Shown: piece after piece, positions 1 through 12,518 of the stretch | Position numbering within the stretch: the stretch's first letter is position 1 | Layout of the letters: each line of letters begins with the position of its first letter | Assembly (NCBI RefSeq): GCF_001194135.2 | Contig: NC_068985.1 | Location: 78,993,726 to 79,057,725 of the forward strand | Direction: 5' to 3' | Source: Octopus bimaculoides | Taxonomy: Eukaryota | Length of the DNA stretch: 64,000 nt | The notes under the pieces: model-generated | What the model was told of the DNA's origin: nothing | The model's input: the letters and a program-made list of their open reading frames with translations, nothing else | Database searches by the model: none | Position numbers and translations under genes: made by a program

Positions 1-1047
1 GTATTATAGTGCATACTGGGCGAGTATGACTTTTCAAACGAAGCCTTGGTTGGCAGAAACATGGACGAACTTTATTCGTAACTCGACGTCACGCTAATTC
101 TCGAGAATTAACTTCAAGAAGTATGTTTGTGTGTTATTCAGTCACACGTCAATTCAATGAATAGGCCATTTCGTTGATCGAACTGCAAAACTTTTTGTTA
201 AAACCGACGGAAATACTTTTGAATAACAGGTAACCTTAAAGCAAAGCGGCGTGAATTAATATGAAACCAACAATAATGTATAAAAATAACTCCGCTATTC
301 TGAGTCACCGAAACGAAGAAGTAAATGTTTAAAAATAGGTTTGTTATTATAATTATGAAGTTATTATATATTACTGATTTCATTTAAGTTATAAAGCCGA
401 GCATTGTTGAAAAAAATAAGACGTATTCTAAAAGAGGGTAACTCAATTCGAAAAGTAAACGAAAATGTGTTTTATTGGGAGATGAATTTTGTGAATTAAG
501 ATGTATACCTGTCGCAACAAGAATTAAATATATATTACAAGATGTAATGATGTAGAACAGTCAAGATAAATTTCGAAACTATGTAATTTCCTGGCTGTCG
601 TTTTTATTTCATCATGCCAGCAGCTAAATAAGTTATTTTGGTACAATTCTCCATTACTGTTGATTCCAATTTAATTGACACTGCTTTCGTTAAAGATAGC
701 CGTGTGAGTATGCGTGTTTGTGTATGTGTGTATGTAGACAAAGAAATAAAGAAAGATATAGAGATATATTAAACAATATTACATATCCGGATCTATAGTT
801 TTAATATAATAAATAATACATAATGTCGCACCAAGAGCATTTTTCTTCTGTCAGTTCGCTGATTCAACGAACTTCCAGATTTTGTTAGTTTGACAAACCT
901 TTACTTCACCTCTAAGACATCAGATACAGTTGTTCCTGATTTGTACAGTAGATTGCTTCCACGAGTCGCAGTGTAAATCGAAATCGTGTAAGTCAAGTGA
1001 GATGCGATTTTACCTTTACTGTCCGCAGACAACAGAATGTACTGAAA

Positions 1048-1398
1048 GTGGCTGTATGGTAAAAAGTTTGCCTTCCAACCATATGACTTCGAGTTCAGTC
1101 CCACTACGTGGCAACTTGGGCAAATGTCTGCTATAGCCCTGGGCCGACCAAAGTCTTGTGAGTGGATTTGGAAGGCTGATTGAGAGACGTTCGTCATATA
1201 TATATGTATGCGTGTTGCACCACCGTTTAACAACCGGTGTTGATTGTTCTTACGTCCCCACAGCGGTTCGACAAAAGACCGATAGAATAAGTGCCATCTT
1301 TAAAATAATCAATAAATAAGCACTGGGGTCGGTTCTTTCTACTAAAGTTCTTCAAGACAGTTCCTCAACATGACTGCAATCTAATGACCAAAACAAGA
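1048..1398 (+). mobile_element. tRNA-derived SINE, family A (head + central microsatellite + tail)
   Basis: Head TGGTAAAAAGTTTGCC...GAGTTCAGTCCCACT (A/B-box-like), short internal TATATG tract, tail CCGATAGAATAAGT...CTGGGGTCGG...ATGACCAAAACAAG. Homologous to copies at 22655 and 42845. Confidence 0.8.
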
Positions 1399-1604
1399 TA
1401 CATATTTTTATATATATGAGTGTATACATGTACGTATATTTGTATGCATGCTAATATACACGAATGTATGTATGTTAATGTGAGTGTACATACCCTGCTT
1501 GGGGCCCCAACTCTCTTCTGAAGTCGTAGGAACACCGTCGTGGCATAAGCGTGTCTTGGACATCACTCTCCAGGCTTAACCACTACCTACTTCTTCCATA
1601 AGAG

Positions 1605-1780
1605 AGGTCAGGCGGAAATTAATCGAGCCCTGTACAGAGTTGGTACTCTATTTATAGATCTCGAAAAGATAGAAGGCTTAGTTGACATCAGTGGGATCCG
1701 AACTTAGAGCGCAGATAGTCGGAGCTATTACTGCAAAGCAACGTATCCGACGCTTTAACGACTATTACCAATATGCTGCT
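1605..1780 (-). mobile_element. SINE family B, degraded
   Basis: Reverse complement matches the family B body seen at 28425-28632 (TTGGTACTCTATTT..GATCTCGAAAAGAT..AAGGC..AGTTGAC). Confidence 0.6.
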
Positions 1781-2153
1781 TGCGCGAACGTAAAATGGAA
1801 TGAAAGCGAAGTGTTGTTTTTTTTTTTTCCTTAGAGTGTCAACACAAATCTAATATATATTAATATTCAATATTTCATATTTTCGTCTATAACAGTATCC
1901 CCACTATTGTGCTTCGATTAAATCTTTCGATCTTTGAATATATAAAATGGCAAACAACAAAGTGAAAATCTGAAAACAATGATATATAAGAATTTATAGC
2001 TTCTTTACTCCTGAGATGTTATTTTGTACCATTTTATTTAACTTCCCAGCTAGAAGTAACAACCAAATCTCTCACAAAGTACGTACCTATAACGTCTTAT
2101 AAAAATGAACGTTAATATTAAGACAATCTTAAGCATCCTTTATTGTGCTGGGC

Positions 2154-2500
2154 AGGCGATATTTTTTACGTTTGAAACACAACAGTATTTTACTGACAAT
2201 TTCTATTATGAGATGTAATTTCGCATGCCAATTACGAAAGGCTCAAATATTTCCGGAGAAATGATAGAAAATTACGAGCATGTACATTGCTTGATTTTTT
2301 TTTTTTTTTTTAAATAACTTTTGCCAATCGCGATAACCAATCCAGCAGACAATATGTTAGCAAAACAACCAAGTGAAGCCATCTTGGGGTTAGGGATTGG
2401 TTTAGGGTTTGGATTTAAATATTTATGGTTAGGATTAGGGTTCAGGGTTGCGATTTAGGGTAAAGGTTAAGGTCAGGATTTAATATTTAGGGTTAGGGTT
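2154..2500. mobile_element. Putative non-autonomous DNA element arm carrying degenerate (TTAGGG)n
   Basis: Starts AGGCGATATTTTTTACG, has CCAATC motifs, then a degenerate TTAGGG array at 2386-2500. Architecture parallels the reverse complement of 37363-37651. Confidence 0.4.
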
Positions 2501-4647
2501 TGTAGTGCATTGTAATTTCTTTTTTTTACAAACGTTATTGTTTCTATCATTAAATGTTTCACCTTGAAGTGTTCTGTAAAGTTTTGGTTATTCATTTCTC
2601 AAAACTNNNNNNNNNNNNNNNNNNNNNNNNNNNNNNNNNNNNNNNNNNNNNNNNNNNNNNNNNNNNNNNNNNNNNNNNNNNNNNNNNNNNNNNNNNNNNN
2701 NNNNNNNNNNNNNNNNNNNNNNNNNNNNNNNNNNNNNNNNNNNNNNNNNNNNNNNNNNNNNNNNNNNNNNNNNNNNNNNNNNNNNNNNNNNNNNNNNNNN
2801 NNNNNNNNNNNNNNNNNNNNNNNNNNNNNNNNNNNNNNNNNNNNNNNNNNNNNNNNNNNNNNNNNNNNNNNNNNNNNNNNNNNNNNNNNNNNNNNNNNNN
2901 NNNNNNNNNNNNNNNNNNNNNNNNNNNNNNNNNNNNNNNNNNNNNNNNNNNNNNNNNNNNNNNNNNNNNNNNNNNNNNNNNNNNNNNNNNNNNNNNNNNN
3001 NNNNNNNNNNNNNNNNNNNNNNNNNNNNNNNNNNNNNNNNNNNNNNNNNNNNNNNNNNNNNNNNNNNNNNNNNNNNNNNNNNNNNNNNNNNNNNNNNNNN
3101 NNNNNNNNNNNNNNNNNNNNNNNNNNNNNNNNNNNNNNNNNNNNNNNNNNNNNNNNNTATTGCTGGTTATTAACAATTTTTTTTTTACTTTCAGTTTGTT
3201 TCATTGTTATTCGTAACTTTATATGTAAATTACCGAAAGCTTACTGTATTGTGTTTTTGCTATCATTAAACTTAGTGCTCCAATTATTTTTCTTACTGAT
3301 GCTTTACTGAAAATTCGATCTTCGGATTTGTTATACATTCCTGCAAATCAATTTACCAGGATTAAATTCCATCAATACTTTTATTTAACGCTTTAACTCT
3401 TTACTTATCCTGTGTATCACATGTGAGACACATGACGTATTTCCCTGATGCCGATATATGATACAAATTCACCCCCTCTTTTTTTTTTTTTTTTTCAATC
3501 ACTAGAGTAACTAGGAACTTTATATTTATTACCCAGAACGTATAAAACAAGGGTTAGCTAAAAGTCTAAAAATAAGCACGGAAGTTTGGGGCAAACTTTG
3601 GAAAATGCTTTGGTCAGGCAAAAGGTAAAAATTTGTTGGTTTAAGACATTAAATGTACGAACTTGGGCAATCTTTTGAGTTTAAAATTCCGCGCGTTCGC
3701 AGTTGTCATCGTTAAGATGAATATAAATTTGGGCGAAGTTTATTTGTGTAACATTTCCACTTCGTTGAAGTCGTTTGCACTTGACTTGGATGCAAACTTT
3801 CCATCAGTAATTTACTAGCTGTCACATTTGTGATATGTTCTTTTTATAAACACCCTACTGTCTATGGTTACGCCCAGAATCTCAAGCTTTTTCATAGGCA
3901 CCCTGCAATTCATAAAGTGCAAAATCAAGTTATATGGGATTATTTTTCCTGATAAAAATCATTGTTTACGTTTTGAAGATTGTTTCAACGTTACTCTTTG
4001 TAATCCGCCTGCCTAAAACAAATGTGTGTGTGTGTGTGTGTACAGCGAGTAAATAGCATGAACAGAGGCGTTTGTACATAGGTCCCGAGCCACATACCAA
4101 GTGAGATTGATTATACTGCGAGTTCTAGACATCAATTCAGTTATTTTCACCATCTCCTGCAATCTCATACAATACAAAGCTGTTATCTTGACTATTATCT
4201 TGCCACTAAGCATATTTTTTATTAAGAATGTAGGTAAGAGTGTGAGTGCGTGTCTGTCTGATATGCACACAGCTCCTTCTCATTACACACACACACCTTG
4301 CACTAATCATGATTCTGCTGGGTGAATGAACATCATACAATGTGAACTTATGAAAAGCCGGAGATCATAAATGATCTTTAACGTCGATGACACATAATCA
4401 TACATCTCACTGTCGAATGAGTCAACACAAGTATTTATTTGATTAGTTCTTATTTTATCGACTCCGGACTATTAAACCGATGACGTTAAAAATGAAAAAA
4501 AAAAAAGTGACTAAATACGACTGCCAGGTATTTGTCCGTTCGCTCTATCGGTCTTTTATTGTGGCCCTCTACTAAAATATTGGTATTCTTTCGGTTTACG
4601 ACCACAAAATTTTAAGTGGAAAATTATCCTAAGCAATCGGCATTTAA

Positions 4648-4850
4648 CTCTTTTGCATTCAGATTACTCTAACAAATGTAATGTTTATACTGTTTTGAAT
4701 TAAATTATGCAGTATTTCGTAGCCTTGAACTTTAGATGATGCGATTATTTTTAGAGTGACATTGTAAGGTAGGCGTGAGAGGCCGGATCTGGCTGGTTTG
4801 AAGATAAAATATCATTTGGGCCTGACATGCTTGGTTTAAACGCTAAAGGG
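4648..4850. mobile_element. piggyBac-like MITE
   Basis: TTAA on both sides (4644-4647 and 4851-4854). Termini CTCTTTTGCATT and CGCTAAAGGG are imperfect inverted repeats of the CCC..GGG type. Confidence 0.7.
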
Positions 4851-5738
4851 TTAAAGAAAAATTGAAATTTTAAAGGGGAAAAAAGCTTGTTTATGATCGC
4901 TGTATTTTGAACATGGAATAAAATCGAAAAGAAACTATTAAAAAAAAATAATAATTTGGAAGGATAAACATTTGAAACGCATTTTGTTTTTTGTTACAAT
5001 GGGGAGGGAGTGAAGCAAAACAATAATCTCCATGTTTAAAACAGAGGAATATGAAAGAATTTTTTTTCTTTTTTTAATTTGTCTATTTTGACAAGTCTGC
5101 TTGGATATTGCAGACATTATCTGATCAAGAAAGGAAAGAAAACGCAAAAAGATTGCGTCACTACTGATGATGATTTATTCACGTTCGCAAATTGTGTAAA
5201 CAGTCTCTCTCGCACGCACGGTTTTACCAACGGGGATGGGGTGGCGAAATGCTTAGTATAATAATATATTTATAGTTTATACATTTATTTGAAGAGGCTA
5301 CTGTCCGGAGCTACATAATCAGTTTTGTGTTTTCTTCCCTTTTCACCGCGAAAATACAAAAAAACAGTAAAAAGTTAACAGCGAGTAGCGATCGGCGGAA
5401 TGTGTATGTGGGTGCGTGCGTAAGAGTATGTGTTTGTGTACGAATGAAATTAAGTATTTTAATTAACATTTCGCGTGACGTCATCACATTACGACCATAA
5501 CCGCAAAATCTCTACTATAGTTCAGCGCCAACATAAACAGACAGCGGGCCAGGTTATACGACATAAAAAGATAATATTACACGTCGTTTCTTTACATTTA
5601 CTAAATATATCCTAAAGAATTGATTGCGAATAGATTGGAATTCGACTAAGTGGTAGCTTCAAACAAAATAGCCTTTATTCATAAACTGAGGCAATGCAAC
5701 CATATTTCGGACGTCTAGAAGCGTTATTGGTAACGTTT

Positions 5739-7850
5739 CTGGATACTGGATGGTTTCCGTGTTGAAGCTCCTTGGAGCTTGTTCACAGGTCTTTTCCACT
5801 AGTACAATTAATTTGTCATGTGTGGTACAATACTTCGACAGTTGTAGCTAATAGTAACAGACAGGGTCAAATTTTGCTGGAAGCTCCCTCCAGTGTGCAT
5901 CAAGCATGTTCTTGAAGGCATTGACTGATGAAACTGCGACCACACTGTTTGGCAAACTGTTCCAAGTGGCGGTCACACGCTGCACGAAAAAGCAGCTTCT
6001 AATGTTGAGCCTGCACTGTGATCTTTCCAATTTCAGGTTGTGTCCACTCGTATTTCTGCTTTGGAAGTAGTTGAATTGGGGGCGGTTGGTTTGGTACAGG
6101 CCGTGCGTATACTTATACATATTGATCATATCCCTCGAGACGGCGATATCCGAGACTAGGCAGGTTTCGTGCAGCCAAGCGCTCTGGGTATGGCTTTTTT
6201 TCAAGGATGCAATGAGTTTGGTGGCACGCCTCTGAACATCCTCCAACTCGCAACACATTGCCTGATGTCGGGGTTGCCAAACTGTATGTCCATAGTCAAG
6301 AATCAGGCGAACTAGAGACTTGTACAGCTGAACGAAGACAACATGGGTGATGAAGTCAAATGATCGTCGGATGACTCCAAGGATTAGATTTGCTTTTGCA
6401 GTTGCTTGGTTTATGTGGTTCTTGAAGGTCAGCTCTTTGTCGATCAAAATGCCAAGATCCCCCTCCACCTCACTTTCTGCTAGCTCCACCACAGTCCGTT
6501 CACCCTGTGCATCCTGGTCTCTCATGTAGTATTTCCTGTCCGTCTTCGGGTTCCCCATTCTGAAGATGGAACACTTCTCAGGATGGAACTGCATTTGCCA
6601 GTTCGTCGACCACTCGTGAAGGCGATCCAGGTCGTCTTGCAGCGTTGCCATGGTCACATCAACGTCATTCCTTGCGAAGATCTTTGTGTCGTCACCAAAT
6701 AACCTGACGTTGCTCTGGACATGCCGAGGCAGATCGTTTATTTACATGAGAAACAGTACTGGGCCAATGACACTGCCATGTGGGATGCCACTTGTCACCT
6801 CTCCCCTCTGACTTCACACCGTTGACACAGACTCGTTGTGACCGGTAGCTCAAGAAATCCCGGACATTTCCCTTGATACCGTGAGCTTCTACTTTGGATA
6901 CAAGCTTACGATGTGGGATGCTGTCGAACGCTTTCATGTAATCTATGTAGATCGCATAGACTCCTCTCTTTGCATCCAAGGCCTCCGTTCAGGTGTCAAG
7001 AACGTCAAGCAGTTGCGTCACACATGATCTCCCCTTTGTGAACTCATGCTGTTCTTGGTTGATGAGGTCGTTTCGCCGCAGGTGTTCAATGATGTACTCA
7101 CGAACAAGCACCTCCATCACCTTGCACAGTACGCAGGTCAAGCTCACTGGCCTGTAGTTGTTGACCGCAAAACGGCTCCCTTTCTTGAATATGAGGGTGA
7201 TGTTAGCAGTTCTCCACTCGTCTGGGATTTTGCTTGTCTCCATTGATTTTCTGTAGACAATTGTGATTGGCAGAGCGACTACATCCGATAGCTCGGAAAG
7301 TGTGCGTGGGCTGATTCCATTCGAACCTGGAGCCTTGGCAATCTTCAGGCTTGTCAGCTGCTTGTGAACCTTTTCCACAAAAATGTTTTAAGTTGGTCAG
7401 CTCTGTGTCATACGTGTACTCTGGCATGTTTGGTAGATCGCCTTCCTTCTCTACAGCGAAGACACTCTGAAAGAAAGTGTTCAGCAGATCGGCTTTCTCT
7501 TTGTCTGTGGTTGTCAGAGAACCATCACTTCTTTTCAAGTCTGCAGTACCAGTCTTTGATTTCGTCGACTTCACGTATGACCAAAATGACTTCGGGTTTG
7601 TCTTGGCTTGTTGCTACCATTTCCTCTAATTTCTTCTTTGCTTTACGGCATGCCTTTGTCGCTTTATTTCTGTTCCTGATGTAGGCCTGATAATCTTGCC
7701 CATTCTTGGTCTGCAACCAACGTCTATACAGTCTGTGCTTCTGCCGCACTGTTTGGAGTGTATATCAAGCCACTTCTTCCTTCTTGATCTTGAATACAAG
7801 GGGAAGCTGGAATTGTATCTTTAACGCACATTAGGATTGTTTGGACGTAG
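5739..7850 (-). mobile_element. CR1-clade LINE, 5'-truncated, frameshifted ORF2 (reverse transcriptase)
   Basis: Stacked minus-strand ORFs give KAPGSNGISPRTL, NYRPVSLTCVLCKVME, GRSCVTQLL, YIDYMKAFDSIPH, RLFGDDTKIF (YADD motif), DLGILID, ELEDVQRRATKLI and WNSLP. The 3' UTR has a hairpin (5765-5780) and a short ATCCAG repeat end. Confidence 0.95.
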
Positions 7851-8959
7851 TCGGTGAGAGGAAGTGTAGAAGCCTCACAAAGTTACTTAGACAGTTTCAT
7901 CTGACTGGCAGGAACTGACAGGATTTTCCAAATGTAGCATAATAGACACAGAGTAATCGTATCAGAGTGTACACAATGTCAACTGGTCTGTAGAAACTCC
8001 AGGACTGTGAACGGGTAGTCACCTTCTGTCAATTTGTCGCTGTCGGAGCTGCAGTCTTAGATTAATGGAACGAGCAAGTCTGAGTGTCAGGTATCTGAAA
8101 TGCTGTCAGGCGCTCATGGTTTTCTACCAGTCGGGCAATGTAGTCGGCGGAAGTTCCATGTTAACTTTCTATAGAGCTATAATGATGATGGACAGCAGCG
8201 ACGGCGTTCTCAGAAAAAGGAGAAAAAAAACTCTGGGCTTCGCGGAGAAGTAAACTGTCTTCAGTTTGGGGGAAATGAATATCTTGGCCTGAGTGCTACA
8301 CGGATCGGGAGGAAACATTGCAAGCTAAACTCTACATGCAGGCACAGAAGAACTGTCAACTAGGCCTGACCGAGAAACGTGCAGAATGACGAATCTCTAC
8401 ATGCAATCGTTTAGTGTCTAAACACTGGTTTGAGGGTGAAAGAGACAGAATCAGCTGTCGGGCAAGTCCGCCGTGAAGATCGCCTCACTGTCTTCTTTTG
8501 ACCAAGAACAGAAAGATTTCCTCCATTTCGTAGCCGTAGTGAAAAAGGTATGGCATGATTGAAAGCATCGAGGATGGGTAGGCCCTCATCGACTTTTTTA
8601 AATTTTGAGATGAAAGTGAAAGCAGAGAAGAATATGATGCCTTAAAGTAGCACTTTTTGAAAGAGAAGTGAGAAATTGCCACCACGGGTATATTCTGTCT
8701 GCGCAGGTAGGCCGAGGTATTGACAGCCAAGAGAGCATTTACCTTTGGCGGTCAGGGTAATTTTGGATCTGTGAGATTCCTTGGTTGGCCTTAGGTGTAT
8801 ACTCTGTATGACATTTCTATTTTTTCTGTGGTCGAATTTCTGTGTAAAACTTTTTAACATTTTTCTTTACTTTTTCTAATCCATTGACATTATGGAAATA
8901 ATAACTATTATTATTCGACAGAGTCGTTAGAAAGTCGGATATCGTCTTATGGCGTCTAG

Positions 8960-9150
8960 GACTTTTTTACGACCTGAATTCATATCCCGCCGAGGTTTGC
9001 TTTACGTTTCAATGCTGTCGAAGTTGTCCTTACAATTCAACCTTATGGGGTCAATAAAATAAAGAACCAGTCAAATACTTGAGCTGATTTAATCGACTGG
9101 CCCACTCTTCTAAATTTCAGGTTTCCTGCCTATGTTCGAAACAATTATTA
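8960..9150 (+). mobile_element. SINE family B, degraded
   Basis: TGAATTCATATCCCGCCGAGG...GGGGTCAATAAAATAAAGAACCAGTC...TAATCGACT...AAATTTCAGG. Confidence 0.6.
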
Positions 9151-9154
9151 TTTA

Positions 9155-9420
9155 GCTGGTATGAAGACACATAGCTCAGTGGTTAGAGCGTCGGGGCTCA
9201 CAATCATGATGAGGTAGTGAGTTCGATTCTAGGACCGGGCTGTGTGTTGCGTTCTTGAGCAAGACACTTTATTTCGCGTTGTTCCAGTTCACTCAGCTGT
9301 AAAAATGAGTTGCGACGTCACTGGCACCAAGCTGTATCGGCCTTTTCCTTTCCCTTGAATAACATCAGTGACGAGGTGCCTTGGAGGGTAACTTTCTAGG
9401 TGTAATCTTATGGTCATTAA
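9155..9420 (+). mobile_element. tRNA-derived SINE family C (CORE-like central domain)
   Basis: A-box TAGCTCAGTGG, B-box GAGTTCGATTC, then TTGAGCAAGACACTTTATTTC..CCAGTTCACTCAGCTGTAAAAATG. Second copy at 28740. Confidence 0.8.
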
Positions 9421-9449
9421 CTATCTAAGGAGATCTTTAATCTTTGCCT

Positions 9450-9905
9450 TAGTGAGTGGCAGAATTGTTAGAGGATGGGAAAATGCTTTGAGATATTTGC
9501 AGCGGATTTTTATATTGTGAGTTCAAATTCCACCATGGTAAGTAAACTTTGCCTTTCATTACTCAGGAGTCGATAAAAAATAAAGTATCATATACCCTAA
9601 GGAGATCAATGATAACAACTATATCTCAACTTCTGAAAGTTGCTTGCCTTATGCCAAGATTAGGAACCATTACCATAATACTGGGTATTCAAGGCGCGGA
9701 GAGCTGGCAGAATTGCTTGCGTGTCGGAGATAACAGCAGTATTTCTTCCTACTCTCGATATTCTGAACTCAGATTCCGCCGGGGTCGGCTTTGCTTTCAT
9801 CCTTTGGGGCTGAATAATAAGTATCAGTCAAGTACTGGGATCAATGTAATTGATTTGCCTCCTCCCCTAAAAATTGCTCGCCTTGTGCTAAAATTACGAA
9901 GAATT
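9450..9905 (+). mobile_element. Two tandem SINE family B copies (about 9450-9590 and 9690-9905)
   Basis: Each has TGGCAGAATT (A-box-like), GAGTTCAAATTC or AACTCAGATTCC (B-box-like) and the CTTTGC(C)TTTCAT..GA(T)AA..AAGTATCA body. Confidence 0.7.
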
Positions 9906-11124
9906 ATATTTGTTCCGTTTGTGCCACATGTAGAAATTATGTGGATTAATTCCCCTGCACCTCTTCCTACAACAGGTGAGAAAGTTAAATGATATTGCAA
10001 ATGTAATCGATTTAATGAGGAATGTCCACTAACTAATTACTGGTTCTCATATCAATATGTTTAATACATTCCTAGTGAAATGTGAAGTTTTTGTTTGCTG
10101 TGGGTTATTAAAAATATTAAGTGATATAGACATGATGGTGGAAATGTGACTGTGTGGTGAGGAGAAGCTCGTTTTGCAGCCACGTGTTACGGGTTCCGTC
10201 TAACTGTCTTTTCGGTTAATGCTGCTATTATTACCCCCCCCCCCCNNNNNNNNNNNNNNNNNNNNNNNNNNNNNNNNNNNNNNNNNNNNNNNNNNNNNNN
10301 NNNNNNNNNNNNNNNNNNNNNNNNNNNNNNNNNNNNNNNNNNNNNNNNNNNNNNNNNNNNNNNNNNNNNNNNNNNNNNNNNNNNNNNNNNNNNNNNNNNN
10401 NNNNNNNNNNNNNNNNNNNNNNNNNNNNNNNNNNNNNNNNNNNNNNNNNNNNNNNNNNNNNNNNNNNNNNNNNNNNNNNNNNNNNNNNNNNNNNNNNNNN
10501 NNNNNNNNNNNNNNNNNNNNNNNNNNNNNNNNNNNNNNNNNNNNNNNNNNNNNNNNNNNNNNNNNNNNNNNNNNNNNNNNNNNNNNNNNNNNNNNNNNNN
10601 NNNNNNNNNNNNNNNNNNNNNNNNNNNNNNNNNNNNNNNNNNNNNNNNNNNNNNNNNNNNNNNNNNNNNNNNNNNNNNNNNNNNNNNNNNNNNNNNNNNN
10701 NNNNNNNNNNNNNNNNNNNNNNNNNNNNNNNNNNNNNNNNNNNNNNNNNNNNNNNNNNNNNNNNNNNNNNNNNNNNNNNNNNNNNNNNNNNNNNNNNNNG
10801 ATTTTCCTCATGAATTTTCGGAAGCCCTCCCCACCCCTCGGAAAAAATTTCCCCACAAATGTCTTTATAATCGTAATCTATACCGTTTGAAAAATATTTA
10901 TATAAAATTCAAGTAAAAAAAAAGAAAAGCTTTTCCCTAAAAGTTATAAGGAAAAAACATCGGATCTTGTGAATTTTCCGAAGGCCTTACCCCACCCCAC
11001 CGTTGCTTTCCGGGCATTTTTGTTTTCATATTCGTTTCCTACACCTTTTTTTTTTAATCCGTTACACTATTGTTTTTTTTATTTCGTTTCCGGGTAATAA
11101 TGTCAACATTAACCGCCTTTTCCA

Positions 11125-11360
11125 CTATATATAGCCCCGGGCCTACCAATAGCTTGTGAGTAAATTTCATAGACGGAATCAGTGGAAGCAGCCCGTCGTT
11201 TGTGTGTGAGCCCCTTCTCCACCGCTTGGTGTTGGTCTGTTTACGTCCCCATAACATAGCGACTCGGCAAAAGAGAACTATTAGATTAAGTCAATTTGTT
11301 AGCCTAAACAACCCTTCAAGGCGGTGCTCTAGTCTAATGACTGAAAAGTACAAAGTATAA
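11125..11360 (+). mobile_element. SINE family A, 5'-truncated
   Basis: ATAGCCCCGGGCC..GCTTGTGAG..AGACGGAA..GCCCGTCG..GTTTACGTCCCC..GGCAAAAGAG..AAGGCGGTGCTC..ATGACTGAAA. Confidence 0.7.
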
Positions 11361-11554
11361 CATACACGACTATTTTTGCAAGGACGGGGTGGGGGTGGTA
11401 GAGGGATCTCCGTCGTTTGACTATGAGAATCCAAATGTACGATCAACTGAATTATCATTTTAGACACGCGTAGCCTTAACATAATTGCCGGACAAGAATC
11501 AGCATGAAACAGTATGAGTGTGGTGAGAGACTAAGTTGTACTTTTGAGTTGTAG

Positions 11555-11720
11555 GTACAATCTATTTGACAGGCTTCTTCACAGTTACCGTTAACCCAGT
11601 TTTTCACTTATTAGGAAAGGGGTCGACCCGAAGCTACAGAGAATAATACTTGCGTAAGAACACCACGCAGTGAGGCTGAACGAGGGACAAAAGTGGTTGT
11701 GAGACGAATTTCTTAACCAT
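11555..11720 (-). mobile_element. SINE with family A-type head, degraded
   Basis: ACAGGCTTCTTCACAGTT..CACCACGCAGTG..GTGGTTGTGAG..TTCTTAACCA is the reverse complement of the family A head. Confidence 0.55.
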
Positions 11721-12142
11721 CCTAATATAAATTACTAGCATGTATTTTATCGACTACTACCCACCTAGTGTGAGTGCATACTAGGGTTAAAGCTACTCAA
11801 ACAGTTGATTCTATAGCACATGCAAAAACAAAAAAAATAGGCAGTATTTTACTAGTTACGAAGAACAAGTAGGGACATAGCACTACACTCTGTTAATGAT
11901 AACAGGATGGTCACCACTGGATTGGAAAGCTTTTGAAAACGACAGGAATTTTTTTTAAAAAAGCGTATTGTCCGCTATTTAGAACGCACAACATTATGAT
12001 CTCCGTTTCAAAGAAAATTTTAATTGAAAATAAAACTTTAACCGTAACCTTACAACTGGTCTTAAACCTTAATTCGTAACCTTTAACCTTCGGGACTTTA
12101 TTTCCTCTTAACTCTTTTAATAACCTATATATTTGTATACGC

Positions 12143-12518
12143 TTGTTGTTGGCACTCCGTCGTTTACGACGTCGAGGGTTCCAGTCGATCCGATCAACGG
12201 AACAGCCTGCTCGTGAAATTAACGTGCAAGTGGCTGAGCACTCCACAGACACGTGTACCCTTGACGTAGGGGGTATTCAGCGTGACACAGCGTGACAGTG
12301 TGTGACAAGGCTGGCCCTTTGAAATACAGGTACAACAGAAACACGAAGAAAGAGTGAGAGAAAGTTGTGGTGGAAGAGTACAGCAGGGTTCGCCACCATC
12401 TCCTGCCGGAGCCTCGTGGAGCTTTAGGTGTTTTCGCTCAATAAACACTCACAACGCCCGGTCTGGGAATCGAAACCGCGAGTCCGCTGCCCTAACCACT
12501 GGGCCATTGCGCCTCCAC
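12143..12518 (-). mobile_element. tRNA-derived SINE family D, near full length, (CAA)n tail
   Basis: Minus strand: GTGGAGGCGCAATGGCCCAGTGGTTAGGGCAGCGG..GTTTCGATTCCCAG (A/B boxes) ... GTCGTAAACGACGGAGTGCCAACAACAA. Confidence 0.85.

Noticed and set aside
4101-4325. Hydrophobic 74-aa ORF with a strong TAG|GTAAGA donor-like site near 4232
   Set aside because: No recognisable homology and no convincing acceptor; such sites are common in AT-rich DNA.
8340-8385. CAGAAGA..GTCA/TGAC..GAAACGT hammerhead-like string
   Set aside because: The core is mutated (CAGA rather than CUGA) and there is no stem I or cleavage site.
9170-9240. tRNA-like heads with A/B boxes (also 12450-12518, 42845-42900, 63800-63878)
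   Set aside because: They continue directly into SINE bodies and lack a closed cloverleaf and terminator, so they are not tRNA genes.
9549-9992. 147-aa ORF
   Set aside because: It lies across SINE family B copies and has no protein-family signature.
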